Shown: piece by piece, positions 1-15,612 of the stretch
Position numbering within the stretch: position 1 is the first letter of the stretch
How the letters are laid out: every line of letters starts with the position of its first letter
NCBI RefSeq assembly: GCF_009914755.1
Contig: NC_060935.1
Source: the human T2T-CHM13v2.0 reference genome, Homo sapiens
Length of the DNA: 64,000 bases
Direction: 5' to 3' (one strand)
The notes under the pieces: generated by a model
What the model was told of the DNA's origin: nothing
Seen by the model: only the letters and a program-made list of their open reading frames with translations
Database searches by the model: none
Program-made: the position numbers and the translations under genes

Positions 1-1292
1 AAATTATTTCCTTTGACTCCATGTCTCATATCCAGGTCATTCTGATGCAAGAGGGGGTCTCCCATAGCCTTGGGCATCTCCACTTGGGTGGCCTTTACAA
101 GGTACGGCCACCCTCTCAGATGCTTTCATGGGCTGGTGTTGAGCATCTGTGGCTTTTCTGGGTGCACAGTGCAAGCTGTCAGTGGATCCATAATTCTGGG
201 GTCTGGAAGATGGTGGCCCTCTTCTCACCGCTCCACTAGGCAGTGCCCCAGTGGGGACTATATGTAGGGGCTCTGAACCCACATTTCCTTCTGCACTGCC
301 CTAGCAGAGGTTCTCCATGAGGGCTCAACCCCTGCAGCAGACTTCTGCCTTGACATCCAGGTGTTTCTGTACATCCTCTGAAATCTAGGCAGAGGTTCCC
401 GAACCTCAAATCTTGACTTCTGTGCACCTGAACTGCAGGCCCAACACCTGTGTAAGCCTCCAAGGCTTGGGGCTTACATCCTCTGAAGCAATAGCCTGAG
501 GTCTACCAATGGCCCCTTTTAACCACCCCTGACATACAGGGCACCAAGTCCCAAGGAGGCACAAAGCAGCAAGGCCCTGGACCCAGTCCACAAAATCATT
601 TTTTTCTCCTAGGTCTCCAGGCCTGTGATGGGAGAGACTGCCATGAAGACCTCCGACATGACCCAGAGACATTTTCCCCATTGTCTTGGAGATTAAGAGT
701 TTGCTTGTCACTATTTATGCAAATTTCTACAGCCAGCTTGAATTTCTCCTCAGAAAGTGGGGTTTTCTTTTCTATCACATCACCAGGCTACAAATTTTTC
801 TGAACTTTTATGCTCTGCTTCCCTTTTAAACATAAGTTCCAATTCCCAAGCATATCTTTGTGAATACATAAAACTAAATGCTCTTAACAGCACCTAAGTC
901 ACCTCTTGAATGCTTTGCTGCTTAGAAATTTCTTCTGCCAGATGCCCTAAATTTTCTCCCTCAAGTTCAAAGTTCCATAAATCTCTGGGGCAGGGGCAAA
1001 ATGCTGCCAGTTTCTTTAATAAAACATTGAAGAGTTACCTTTACTCCAGTTCCCAACAAGTTCCTAATCTCCATCTGAGACCACCTCAGCCTGGATTTTG
1101 TTGCCCATATCGCTATCAGTATTTTGGTCAAAACCATTCAACGAGTCTCTAGGAAGTTTCAAACTTTCCCACATCTTCCTATCTTCTTCTGAACCCTTCA
1201 AACCATTCCAACCTCTGCCCATTACCCAGTTTAAAAGTCTCTTTCACAAGGGTATCCTTATAGCAGCATTCCACTCTACTCTATTAACTTAC
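1..1292 (-). mobile_element. MaLR internal region (THE1-int/MST-int type), runs off the window start
   Basis: The reverse strand next to the LTR reads gtaag..agagtgg..gctataaggataccc..aactgggtaatgggcagaggttggaatggtttg, the typical THE1/MST internal start; no intact ORF. Confidence 0.85.
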
Positions 1293-1639
1293 TGTATTAG
1301 TCTGTTCTGATGCTCCTAATAAAGACATACCTGAGACTGGATAATTTATACAGGAAAGGGATTTAATGGACTCAAAGTTCCACATGGCTAGGGAGGCCTC
1401 AGAATCATGGCAGAAGGCAAAGGAGAAGCAAAGGCACATCTTACATGGTAGCAGGCATGTGCAGGGGAACTCACATTTATAAAACCATCAAATCTCATGA
1501 GACTTATTCACTACCATGAGAACAGCATGGGGGAACTGATCCTATGATTCAATTATCTCCACCTGGCCCCACCCTTGACATGTGGGGATTACTATAATTC
1601 AAGGTGAGATTTGAGTGGGGACACAGCCAAACCATATCA
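1293..1639 (-). mobile_element. THE1-family MaLR 5' LTR (THE1D-like)
   Basis: tgtattagtctgttct...gggacacagccaaaccatatca termini; contiguous with the internal region. Confidence 0.85.
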
Positions 1640-2329
1640 GGGGGAAACAAACTTATTGACTTTCTTATTGACATAGGTGCTATGTATTCTGTAGTTAATG
1701 CCTGCCTATACCCTTATTTGATAAAGACTATAATAGATACAGGAATGCCAGGGAAAACTGTGACTTACTTCTTTCCACAATCTTTAGATTGTCATTTTGG
1801 AGAACACAATTGATGAAAAAAACTGGTAAGTCATGTCCTAAAAAAAAGGTATTGTCCAAATACGTCAAGAAACTAATCTGACTTGGGATAAGGTGTTTCC
1901 AGTTGCTCTGTTGTGTATTAGAACAGCTCTCCAAAATAGGCTCAAATTGAGTCTCTTTGAAATATTATATGGTAGGTCATTCCAGGATTCTACCCTGGTG
2001 GGAAAACCAACTGAGGTGTTAAGAAAGTTAACAATTGCCAAATATGTTAAGACACAGGGCACTATACTAACTTCTGTTCGTGTTTGCTTCTTGCAAGACC
2101 ACTCATCCCATAGATGTGGCCCTACATCCTTTTTGACTTGGAAATTGAGTCTTCATAAACATTTAGAAAAAAACAAGAATCTGGCATCCAGTTGGTATTC
2201 AGGTCCTTGATTTCATTCCACAGTTGCCCCCTATTGATTTTTTGAAGCAGGAAGTAGGCAGATGAAAGACGACATCCCATTTCCAAGGTACCACAAGATA
2301 GTGAAATGAGCCTTTGGACAGTGGGGAAT
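1640..2329 (+). pseudogene. pol: Degenerate ERV1 (gamma-like) internal remnant: protease fragment joined to integrase C-terminal fragment
   Basis: Translations LIDFLIDIGAMYSVVN (aspartic protease FLIDTGA motif) and WDKVFPVALLCIRTALQNRLKLSLFEILYGRSF (integrase WxxxLPxALLRIR...SPFEILYGR motif); purine-rich agtggggaat just before the LTR. Confidence 0.75.
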
Positions 2330-2812
2330 TGTAAAAGTGAACTTGCAAAGGAACTAGCAAAACTAACTCCATTTTTAAGGGTCCCTTGCCCATTCCTGCA
2401 CATAGGCTAGTATAATTTCAGAACACTGAGATAATATGCAAAAACAGCAGTCATGTAGTTTTTAATATAAACTCTAGGATTAAAGAGAAAGTATGCAAGC
2501 AACTCACTTTTTTTTTTAAAGATTTACAGGAGCGTTGTAACCTGACCAAGGACAAAGAAGTTCCTAATCTCAGATCCTCACGGGTGCTCAGATGTGTGTG
2601 GTCATTGATCACCTCTTGATTACAACCTCTTTCTCTTCCCCTCCCCTTAACAAAAAACGAGCCTGAAATTTGTACTGACTTAAGAAGCTATGTTAGTACA
2701 CTAGTCCGCCATTTTCATGGTTTGAGGAATAAACCTGCTTTTCCTTCCACCAACTCTCATCTCTTGTGCTTGGCTTTCAAGTGGCGAGCAGCCAAATCTG
2801 GGTTAGGTTACA
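2330..2812 (+). mobile_element. ERV1-class 3' LTR (subfamily not assigned)
   Basis: TGTAA...TTACA inverted termini, preceded by a PPT-like tract; AATAAA near 2728. Confidence 0.7.
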
Positions 2813-3719
2813 CTTAGATCCTCCTTTGCATCTCTTCAGAAACACTGAGGTGGCTGCTTGAACTGATTATAGGGTGAGAAGGGATGGAACGTTCAGGGAG
2901 AGAAAGGAGCAAGTTTAAATTTTCTGAGACACAAAGGTGCTTGTTGTGCTTGAAAACCAGAGAGAAGGCATTGTGGCACATGCTTACAATTTAGAATTTA
3001 ATTCTAAGACCAGTGGGATGCCAACCATTATTGATGGGTGTTAAGTATGTGACACAGCTTTAAATCACCTGCCTGCCCTGTCTTTATCCTGTGAAAGCTC
3101 TTGAATTGTCAATGATCTTTTTTTAAATGTAACATTCCAAATATCAGTGCAGTACTGCCAGGTTTTTTCTGGGCATAGCAACACAGAATGTGATTCTCAT
3201 CATCTTACATTTACAATGTTGAAATTGTGAGATAAATCTTTTCCTATTTAATTTTTTGTAGTTTGCCATAGTAGATACTTAAGATAATTTTGGATTCTGA
3301 TTCTTTCATGTGTTGAAACCCAAACAGTCAATTTCTCCCATCAGCTTCTTACTACCTGCTGATGTTTCTCATTGACATTTTAAATCATTGATTACAAAAA
3401 AAAAAACTTGAATGAGATATTTTTAAGGACAAGTTCTAGAGATGTCACTTTAAAGTTGCCAGTGTACTAACATTGATCAATAATTGAATAATTTTTTGGC
3501 AAGGCCATTCAAAAAGTTGAAAATTCATCAATTTATACTACAGCAAAGTCACTTCCTTTCACCTCTTTTTCAAAGACATCATAAGGACAATTGATGGATT
3601 TTACCACATTGTATAATTATGTTAATTTATTTTAATACTCTTTTATGTCTTCTTTACTAAGATGTGAATCTAATAAACATTTTTTAAACTTTATGATATA
3701 ACTAATTCTGGGGGAGAAA

Positions 3720-4237
3720 TGTACCATCGCGGGGAACATCTTCAAAGGAAGCTTCCTTAAAATTGAGTTATTCCTTCTGATAGTCTAGAACTGAATTCTT
3801 TACTTGTGACAGTCACAAAGATATGCTACTCAAATCTCTTCATGAGATCTTTCTGTAAGGAATCAGCCTGCAGGCTGAGACAAGTGTTTCCCAAACACTG
3901 AGGTCATGTTCCTCAGCCATTAACTAATCATTAGCAGGGTCTAGAACTTTACTGTTTTTGCTTAGCAAAGGACTTGGGAAATCTTTGTTTGAGTGTTCCC
4001 TATCATTATGCCCCAAATGTTCTCAGAGCTAGACTACACTCTGAGGCTCCTTCTATATAAACTTCTCTCTTTCCATCATTTCTTTAACAGGTTTCAGCCC
4101 TGCATTGAGGCCTGAAGTTTCTCTCTGACTACTAATTGCTTGCCTACATTTATCTTTCACAAAGAATTCCTTATAAAAGTTATCTTTCACATCAAATTCT
4201 ATCCTGCTGTGTGCAAGATAGAACTCAGACTGATACA
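3720..4237 (+). mobile_element. Possible old ERVL-type LTR remnant
   Basis: 3' end ...aaattctatcctgctgtgtgcaagatagaactcagactgataca resembles ERVL LTR termini; 5' boundary uncertain. Confidence 0.35.
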
Positions 4238-4863
4238 GGTAACTTCTAAAAGCCTATCACAATTTAGACTACCATACCTCCCAGATATGCTTACTCAAAT
4301 CATTGCTAGAAGGGTAAGCCTCTCCTACATTCAACTGTCTTTCAGACATTTACTCCCATTCTTTCCTCTTAATGTGACCAAATAATTCAGATAATTCCCC
4401 CACACATTCCCTTTCTTCAAAGCCCTTCCATTGTGTCCTCTGGATTCCCTAAAAGGTGATGATACAATTTTCCTACATTGCAACTGCTTCTCAAATATTT
4501 ATATCATCTCTTTTACTGAAATGCAGCTGCTGTCAGACAGCACTGCTTTCTCTACTGGCACCTGAAGTGCTGGCTAATTTTTTACATAAATTGATAGGGC
4601 AATTATATATATTGTTCACCACTTAAATTTTAGAACACCAACTTTCTACCCCCTTGAAAAAATCCTACTTGCCTGATATTTGCAACAATCAGAGATACCC
4701 AGCTTCTCCCTTCCTTCTCTACAGACTCCCTGGTGTCATCCTTTGGCTTCAGTGAGTAACCCTACTGATTCAAATAAACTTCAGTTTTTAAAATGGTTCA
4801 AACTGGTTCATAGTTTTTCTTTCTCTTTGAGCTCCTGTAATTATCAGTGGAGCCATAGTTATC

Positions 4864-5283
4864 TGTCTCAATCGATTTTGTATTGCTATAAGGGAATACC
4901 TGAGGCTGAGTACCTTCTAAAGAAGGGCTTATTTTGTTCATGATTCTGATGGCTAAAAAGTTCCAGATTGGGTATCTGGATCTGGTGAGGGCCTCAGGCT
5001 TCATCCACTCATTGGGAAACATGAAGGGGAGCTGGCTTGTACACAGGTCACATGGAGAGAAAGCGAGAGAGAGGGAAGAGCAATATATCAGGCTTTGTAA
5101 CAACCAGCTCTTGGCAGGAATGAATATAGTAGAACTCACTCAATACCCCCCATGGAAGGCATTACTATACTCAGGAGGGATCCACCTCCATGACCCAGAC
5201 AGCTCCCATTAAGTCTCACCTCCAACAGTAGATATAAAATTTGAACATGAGGTTTGGCAGAGACAAACCTTCAAACCACAGCA
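4864..5283 (-). mobile_element. MaLR solo LTR (MSTB/MSTD-like)
   Basis: tgctataagggaatacctgaggctg...ctggtgagggcctcagg...catgaggtttggcagagacaaaccttcaaaccacagca. Confidence 0.75.
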
Positions 5284-5920
5284 ACATCTTTGTAAATGAT
5301 CTCACCAATACTCTGGTCTCAGGTTATTCACCTCTTTATCATTAATCATCAATGACCTTCTCTCCTCCTCTTCCCCAATCATCGTATGTCATAGTCAATT
5401 CCAATGACACTTTTTAGGATTTATTAGCACCAAATTCTAAGTATTGTCAAATTATTGAATGTATGCCTTCTATTCTGGCACCATAATTCCCTGTCTTTTC
5501 TCTCTACTTACTCAAGTAACTCCACTTAAATATTTTTGAACACGTAATGACCTTCACATTATGTTACTGATTTATATCTATCAAGAAATGCCTATCTTCA
5601 CTTTTCATTTTATCCACGTTAATCTGCGATTCATCATTTTGACCACAACCTAATAACATAACCTGGCAGACTGGATTTACTTTAAAATTATAATTCCATG
5701 TTTCAAACAAACACTCAACACAACTTGGCAATCCCAGTGCCATGTTTCTTAAGAAAATTTACATTTCATACCAGACTCTCCCAATTTCTACTCTCCATCT
5801 TTATATCAAATGATGACATTAATGTATATTTTGATTAGATTAAAATATATGACAGACACATCATTAGCTTTCCTTTCTTAATTAAAGTATTGACTTTGCC
5901 AATCTTTACCTTTATCCATC

Positions 5921-6304
5921 TGATATGGTTTGGCTCTGTATTCCCACCCAAATCTCATGGTGAATTTTAATTCCCAGTGTTGGGGGAAGGCCTGCTGGGA
6001 GGTGATTGAATCATGGGGGTGGATTTCCCCCTTGCTGTTCTTATGACAGTGAGTGAATTATCAGGAGATCTGATGGTTTAAAAGTGTATAGCACTTCCTC
6101 CTTCACTCTCTGTCTCTCCTGCTCTGCCATAGTAAGATACGCTTTCTTCCACTTTGCCTTCTGCCCTGATTGTAAGTTTCCTGAGGCCTCTCAGCCATGC
6201 TTCCTGTATAGCCTGTGGAACTTTGAGTCAATTTTACCTCCTTTCTTCACATATTGCCCAGTATCAGGTAATTCTTTATAACAGTGTGAGAATGGACTAA
6301 CACA
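5921..6304 (+). mobile_element. MSTA-like MaLR solo LTR
   Basis: tgatatggtttggctctgt...gtgagaatggactaacaca termini. Confidence 0.85.
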
Positions 6305-6394
6305 TCCTCCTTTCATATCTAAGGATGTATTTCTTCAGTCAAAGACCACTTGCTCAATCTACACTCTTTATCTCATTCCCTCTTGCCTTTTTAA

Positions 6395-6703
<309 letters not shown>

Positions 6704-6714
6704 AGTATTTTTGA

Positions 6715-7049
<335 letters not shown>

Positions 7050-7076
7050 TAGTCTCTCTATCCTTTAAAATATATA

Positions 7077-7370
7077 TTTTTTTTTTTTTGAGACGGAGTC
7101 TCGCTCTGTCACCCAGGCTGGAGTGCAGTGGCGGGATCTCGGCTCACTGCAAGCTCCGCCTCCCGGTTCACGCCATTCTCCTGCCTCAGCCTCCCAAGTA
7201 GCTGGGACTACAGGCGCCCGCCACTACGCCCGGCTAATTTTTTTGTATTTTTAGTAGAGACGGGGTTTCACCGTTTTAGCCGGGATGGTCTCGATCTCCT
7301 GACCTCGTGATCCGCCCGCCTCGGCCTCCCAAAGTGCTGGGATTACAGGCGTGAGCCAAAGCGCTCGGCC
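7077..7370 (-). mobile_element. AluYa5
   Basis: All five Ya5 diagnostic changes visible on the + strand: ggcgggatc, cccaagtag, ccactacgc and ccgttttagccggg (two changes); CpGs mostly intact; TSD TAAAATAT (7066-7073 / 7371-7378). Confidence 0.92.
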
Positions 7371-10300
7371 TAAAATATTTTAATCAGCACAGAAATGTAT
7401 GTTAATGTCTGTCATTCTAAAAGCAAAACAATGAAAGAAAATCATTATTTGGTAAATACTTGCTTCCCGTTACTATCCAAGTTTTCTACTTTCCTTTAGT
7501 GTTAAAGTTTTCAAGAGTTTTATACATACTCTGTACAAAATCCCATACCCCACTTACTTCTTGACAAGCTGCAGGGAAGCTTATACTCCCACAAATATAA
7601 TGAAATAGCTTTTCATTTTACCAATGACTTCTAGGTTTTTAAAGTCAGGTAGTGAGGCAGGAATATTGGGTACATAAGCAAGTATAGTGGCAGACCTATC
7701 TGATTCTTCTTCTGAATGAAATGAAGTTCTTACTTTCCATACCCTAATGTCATAGATGCCAAGTTTAGTGAGGTGGCAGCTATAGTATTTCAGGATGAGT
7801 CTGGGCATTTTATCTGGCTAATTTCTTTAGGGATGTTACACAACCACGCTCAATTCTGTTATCTTCCCAAAGACACTGTAAACTACATAATGTTTTTAAA
7901 TAAATATCTTTTGGCTTAAACTAACTAGAGAAAATTTACTTGTCTTCAACTGAGAGCCCTTAGTATTAGAGTTTTCAAGATATTACACTCTCCTGAGTGC
8001 TTTCTTATAACTGTAGTCATGTTTGGTCTCCTTCCAAATCTCTTTCTTCTCCCTCACCAGAACTATAAATGCTAGAACTCCTCATGGTGTTTTTATGATT
8101 TTTCTTTTTCCTATAGGAAAATCATTATTTTTGTAGGTTATTTTGGCCCTTAATATGCCCTTATATTCATTCTCCATATGGTCTGAACATTTAAATAAAA
8201 CTCCTCTGAGCTCCAATTTGATGTAACAGAATACTGTTTCAGAATTTCCCTGAAGCCCTAAATTTAAGAAAAATAGCCAATAATTATCTCCATATATCAG
8301 AAATATGCTAGATAATATTCTGCAACCATAAGTTTCATGACATAATGCCAGACTATTTAATAGATACTATACTAATTACTATATTAGTCTAGTATATATA
8401 TAGTAATTAATATACTATATTGAATAGATTAAATACTATTAAATAGTATTTAGTAGAATGATTCATTGAAAAAGGAAAGACTCAGTTATGAATTGCAGCC
8501 ACAAGAGAAGAAGGTCAAAACTTCCCCTCTCTTCCATGTTGAAAATTAAAGAAAAGAAAATAATTTCTCCCTCTTCATAACAAGCATTTGTCAAAAGGAG
8601 AGGCTGACATGGCGGTCTGGGCTGTATGTTTGCTGAACTATGACATAATGAGGAATCATTGCCATCATAGTAGTAAGGAGCTCTTGAAAGAGGTGACTAT
8701 GGATCCTGTGGAGTTTGGAGATATATGTGAACATAGAATTGGAGACTGCTCCTCTTATAAGCTATTATTAAGAAAGGAAAAAAAAAACATGAGAGCAAGA
8801 GAGCAGGGCAAATACAGAGTTCAGAAGTTGGCAAGCTGGCTGTCTTCTTTTTGGAGTAATGAAGTTGAGTTAATTTTTTGCGAGTCAGGTGGATGGGACA
8901 AATTTAAACCATATTTAAAGAAATGTTCACAAGAAAATGGCTGTTCCGGCAAACAATAGAAATTTTTAATAAATAGAAACTTTAGGTTGAATGACCAATA
9001 GTAGGAAGTGCAAAGTACATCACCATCATCAAGAAAATACAGTTTATAAGATCCTGTAGGCCATATCCTTCCGTTCCCCTCCAACCCCACAAAAACTTCC
9101 CATATCTGTCTTATGGAAAAAAAAAAAACAACCTTGAGTGACAGCTAGACAGAAGGTACTGATGATGACATTACAATGGCACAGGTCAATGGGAAACTTA
9201 TTTTCCTTAATTTTTCTAATTGCCTCTTTCCTTGATTTAATCCTAGACAATCCTGCAAAAATAGGGTGAAGCAATAAAGGGAGAAAAAAATCACCACATC
9301 CTCCTTACCCACTTTGGGTGAAACCTGAGCTTGAGAAGAGGAGATGCTTTGAACGGAAGAGATAAAGCTTTTTTGACTTGGTGAACTTTTATAATTAATT
9401 TATTTATTTTATTTTATTATTAATTAATTCTGAATCAAGTAATTTAATATAAAATATATAATTATAATATAATTAATTTGTATTTAATCATAGGTTATAA
9501 GTAGACTTAATTAATTATAACAACATATTTTGAAGTATATGATAAGAAATATACATTATACTAATAATAGTATAAACCACTGGCATGACCTAAAGTGCTG
9601 AAGGAAAAAAAATGATCTAAGAACAGTGTATCTGGTGAAAATATTCCTCAAACATGAAGGAGAAATAAACGCTTTCTCAGATCAAATAAAAGCTAAGGGA
9701 TTTTATTAATACCAGACCTGTGTAACAAGAAATGCTAAAGGGAGTCCTTCAATCTGAAAGAAAAGGACATTAATGAGCAATAAGAAATCATCTAAAGGTA
9801 AAAAACTCATTGGTACAGTGTACTGTAAATGTGGCATATAAACTACCCATATCTTAATTAGAAAAACTAAAAGATGAAATTATAAAAAATAATAGTTACA
9901 ATAACTTTTCAAGATATAGACAGTACAGACAGATATAAACAGAAGAAACAAGAAATTAAAAAGCAGGGGACAAAGTTAAGGTATAGGGTTTTTATTCGTT
10001 TTCTCTTTGCTTTGGTTTTGTTTGTTTAAGTAATTGGTATCAAGTTGTCATCAGTTAAAAAAATGGATATGAGATATGATTTGCAAGCCTCATGGTGATC
10101 TCAAATCTAAAAACATACGATGAATAGACAGAAAATCAAAAGCTAGAAGTTAATATACCACCAAAGAAAATCACCTTAACTATAATGAAGATAAGAAGGA
10201 AGGAAAGAAGAGAAGACCAGAAAACAAATAACAAAATGACAAGAGTAATTCCTTAATTATCAATAATTACACTGAATTTAAATGGACTAAACTCTCCAAT

Positions 10301-10442
10301 CCAAAAACATAAAGTGGCTGAATGGACAAAAAAGTGAGACCCAACAATCTAGTGTTTACAAGAAACACTACACCTATCAAGACAAATACAGACTGAAAAT
10401 ATGAAGAGATGGAAAAAGATATTGCATAAAAATGGAAAGCAG

Positions 10443-10745
<303 letters not shown>

Positions 10746-11087
10746 GGAAAGCAAAAAATAGCAGGAATAGCTATATGTATGTCAGAAAAATACAGAAAAA
10801 TAGATTGTAAGAAAAAACTTTAAAAGGAGACAAAGAAGGTCATTATATAATGATTAAGGGGTCAATTCAGCAAGAGGATATAACTGTAAATATATATGCA
10901 CTCAAAACTGGAGCACCCAGATATACAAAGTAAATATTATCAGAGCTAAACAGAAAGATAGACCCCAATGCAATAATAGTTGGAGATTTCAACACCCCAT
11001 TTTCAGCACTGGACAGATTATCTAGACATAACAGTAAGAAAGAAACATTGGACTTAATCTGTGCTATAGACCAAATGGACATAATAG

Positions 11088-11381
<294 letters not shown>

Positions 11382-13764
11382 AAGGCATAACCAGTATTTA
11401 CAGAAAATTTCATCCAATGGTTGCAGAATACACATTCTTCTCCTCAGCACATGAGTAATTCTTAAAGTTATACCATATGTTAGGTCAAAAAAAGTCTTAA
11501 AAATTTTTTAAAATTGAAATAATATCAAGTATCTTCTCTGACCACAATGGACTAAAACTAGAACTCAATAATAAGAGGAATAGTGGAACCTATACAAACA
11601 CATGGAAATTAAACCATATGCTCCTGAATTACCAGTAAGTCAATGAAAAAATTAAGAAGGAAATTGAAATTGAAACAAATGGTAATCAAAGCAAAATATA
11701 ACCAAAATATCCCAGATCCCAGGGGATACAGTGAAAACAATAGTAAAAGGGAAGTTTATAGTTATAAGCAAGTACATCCAAAAAGTAGACAAACTATAAA
11801 TAAACAACATAAAAATTCATCTTCTAGAACAGCATGAACAAACCAAACCCAAAATTAGCAGATCAAATAATAAATAAATAAAGATCAAAGCAGAAGTAAG
11901 TAAAATTGAAACAAAGAACACGATACAAAAGATCAATGGAATAAAAAGTTGTTTTTTTGAAAACAATCAAAGCTGACAAACCTTTAGCCTGACCAAATAA
12001 GAAAAAAGAGAGAAGATCCAAATAAATAAAATCAGAGATGGAAAAAGAGACATTACACCCAATACTGCAGAAATTAAAAGAATCATCAGAGGCTACTATA
12101 AGCAACTATAAACCAATAAATTAGAAAACCTAATAGAGATGGATACATTCCTAGGCATATGCAACCTACCAAGACTGAACCATGAAGATATTCAAAACCT
12201 TAACAGACCAATAAAAAGTAATACAATCTAAGCCATTAAAAAAAAAGTCTCCCAGGAGAGTAATTTGTAGAAACTGATGGTTTCACTGCTGAATTTTACT
12301 GAACATTTAAAGTAAAGAAAAGCTAAAACCCATCTTACTCAAAACTATTCTGAAAAAGAGAGGCATGAAACTCATTCTATGAGGCCAGTATTACTGGCAA
12401 AAAAAAAAAAAAGATAAAGACACATTAAAAAAAGAAAACTACCAGTCAGTATCCCCAATGAACATTGATGTAAACATTCTCAACAAAATAAAAACATACC
12501 AAATTCAACAATAACTTAAAAAGGTCGTTCATCATGACCAAGTAGGACTTATCTCAGGAATGCAAGGGTAGTTCAATATCCGTAAATTAATCAGTGTGAT
12601 ACATAATGTCAATAAAATGAAAGACAAAAACCATACAATCATTTCAGTTGATGCAGAAAAAGTAGTTGATAAAATTCAAAATCCCTTCATAATTAAAAAC
12701 CCTCAAAAAGTGGGGAATAGAAAAAACATAACTCGACATAATGATAGCCATATATGACAGATCCATACCGAGTACCATACTGAATGGGGAAAACTGAAAG
12801 CCTTTTCTCTAAGATCTGGAATATGACAAGAACACTCATTTTCACCACTGTTATCCAATATAGTACTGGAAGTCCTAGCTAGAGCAATCAGACAAGAGAA
12901 TAAAATAAAGGACATCTAAAATGTAAAAGATAAAGTCAAATTATCCTTGTTTGCAGATGGTATGATCTTATATCTGGAAAACCCCAAAGACTCCACCAAT
13001 AAAGAAACTTATGAGAACTGATAAATTCAGTAAAATTGCAGGATACAAAATAAACATAGAAAAACAATAGCATTTCTATATACCAACAGCAAACAATCTG
13101 AAAGAGAAATAAAAAAGTAATCCCACTTTATATTTATGTATCAGTAGATTGAAGAGATCTGCATTCCCATGTTCATTGTAGCACTATTCACAATTGTTAA
13201 GATTTGGAAGCAACCTGTGTTCATCAATAGATGAATGGATAAAGAAAATGTGGTACACATATACAACCTAGTACCATTCAGCTTTAAGAAAGAATTAGAT
13301 CCTGTCATCTCCAACAACATGGATAAAACTGAAGGTCATTATGTTAGGAGAAATAAGCCATGAACAGAAAGATAAACTTCTCATGTTTTCACTTATTTGT
13401 GGGAGCCAAAAATTAAAACAATTGAACTCATGGTAACAGAGAGTAGAAAGATGATTACCAAAGTCTGGGGGTGTAAGTGGGGATAGTTAATGGGTACAAA
13501 AACATAGTTAGATAAAATCTAGTATTTCATAGTACACCAGGGTGACTGTAGTCAACAATTATTTTATAAAAGAGTATAATTGAAATGTTTGTAACACGGA
13601 GAAAGAATAAATGCTTGAAGTGATGAATACCCATTTACTCTGGAGTGATTATTATGCATTGTATGCCTGTATCAAAATCTATCACATACCCCATAAGTAT
13701 ATGCATCTATTATGTACCAAGAAAAAAATAAAAATTAAATTTTTTGTTAAAAACTAATTGTATA

Positions 13765-14164
<400 letters not shown>

Positions 14165-14302
14165 TTAAACTTTAAAATTTTACCATTTTATATCTGAAAA
14201 TGAATGGAATACTCTGGATTTGCCAAGATGTTCTCAGATCAAGGAGCAGTAAATATTTTCTTAAAAGCACTTGTTTGTAGGCAAGAGTTGGAGACAAATT
14301 AA

Positions 14303-14644
<342 letters not shown>

Positions 14645-14772
14645 ATAAATTTTATTATAAGTATGTATGTATAGGCAAAAGCATAGTATATATAGGATTT
14701 CACATATTCCTTGTTTCTGGCATCACCAGGAGTATTGGAACCTATCTCCCACAGATATGGGTGGGTACTATA
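14645..14772 (+). mobile_element. MER44/Tigger7-like DNA transposon terminal fragment
   Basis: taaattttattataagtatgtatgtataggcaaaagcatagtatatatagg...ttggaacctatctcccacagatatgggtgggtacta resembles the MER44 right end. Confidence 0.6.
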
Positions 14773-14826
14773 ATTTAATGCAGGGACTGACTCAGAGTTA
14801 ATATTAATTAATATTTATTCAATGGA

Positions 14827-15128
<302 letters not shown>

Positions 15129-15174
15129 TTAAGGGAAAAAAAGTGACAAGTAGTATTTTTCTGTAATTGCTCCC

Positions 15175-15612
15175 TAATTATTTCATCTTTCATTTACATA
15201 CGTTTATGGGGTACAAGTGCAGTTGTGTTACATGCATAGTGGTCAAGTCAGAGTTTTGCGGGTATCCCTCACCTGAATACTCTACATTGTATCCATTAAG
15301 TAATTTCTCCCCATCCCTCCTTACCACCCCTGCACCCATCCAAGCCTAACTGTCTATCACTCCATACTCTATGTCCATGTGTACACATTATTTACCTCCC
15401 ACTTATAAGTAAGAACCTGTGCCATTTGTCTTCCTATGTCTGGCATGTTTCGCTTAAGACAGTTATGTCCAGTTTCATCCAGGTTGCTGCATGTAACATG
15501 ACTTTACTCGTTTTTATTGCTGAATAGTATTTCATTTTGTATATATACACCATTTTTTGTAATCTAATCATTTGTTGATAAACATTAGGTTAATTCTATC
15601 CATTTAGCAATG
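15175..15612 (-). mobile_element. L1PB-like 3' end fragment
   Basis: ggggtacaagtgcagttgtgttacatgcat...ctcccacttataagt...gctgaatagtatttcatt L1 3' UTR. Confidence 0.75.

Noticed and set aside
8588-8959. 123-aa ORF in apparently non-repeat sequence
   Set aside because: Non-ATG start, no recognisable domain or splice context; probably ancient repeat-derived or chance
9390-9575. Very AT-rich tract as a possible origin or matrix attachment region
   Set aside because: Low-complexity sequence only; no specific evidence
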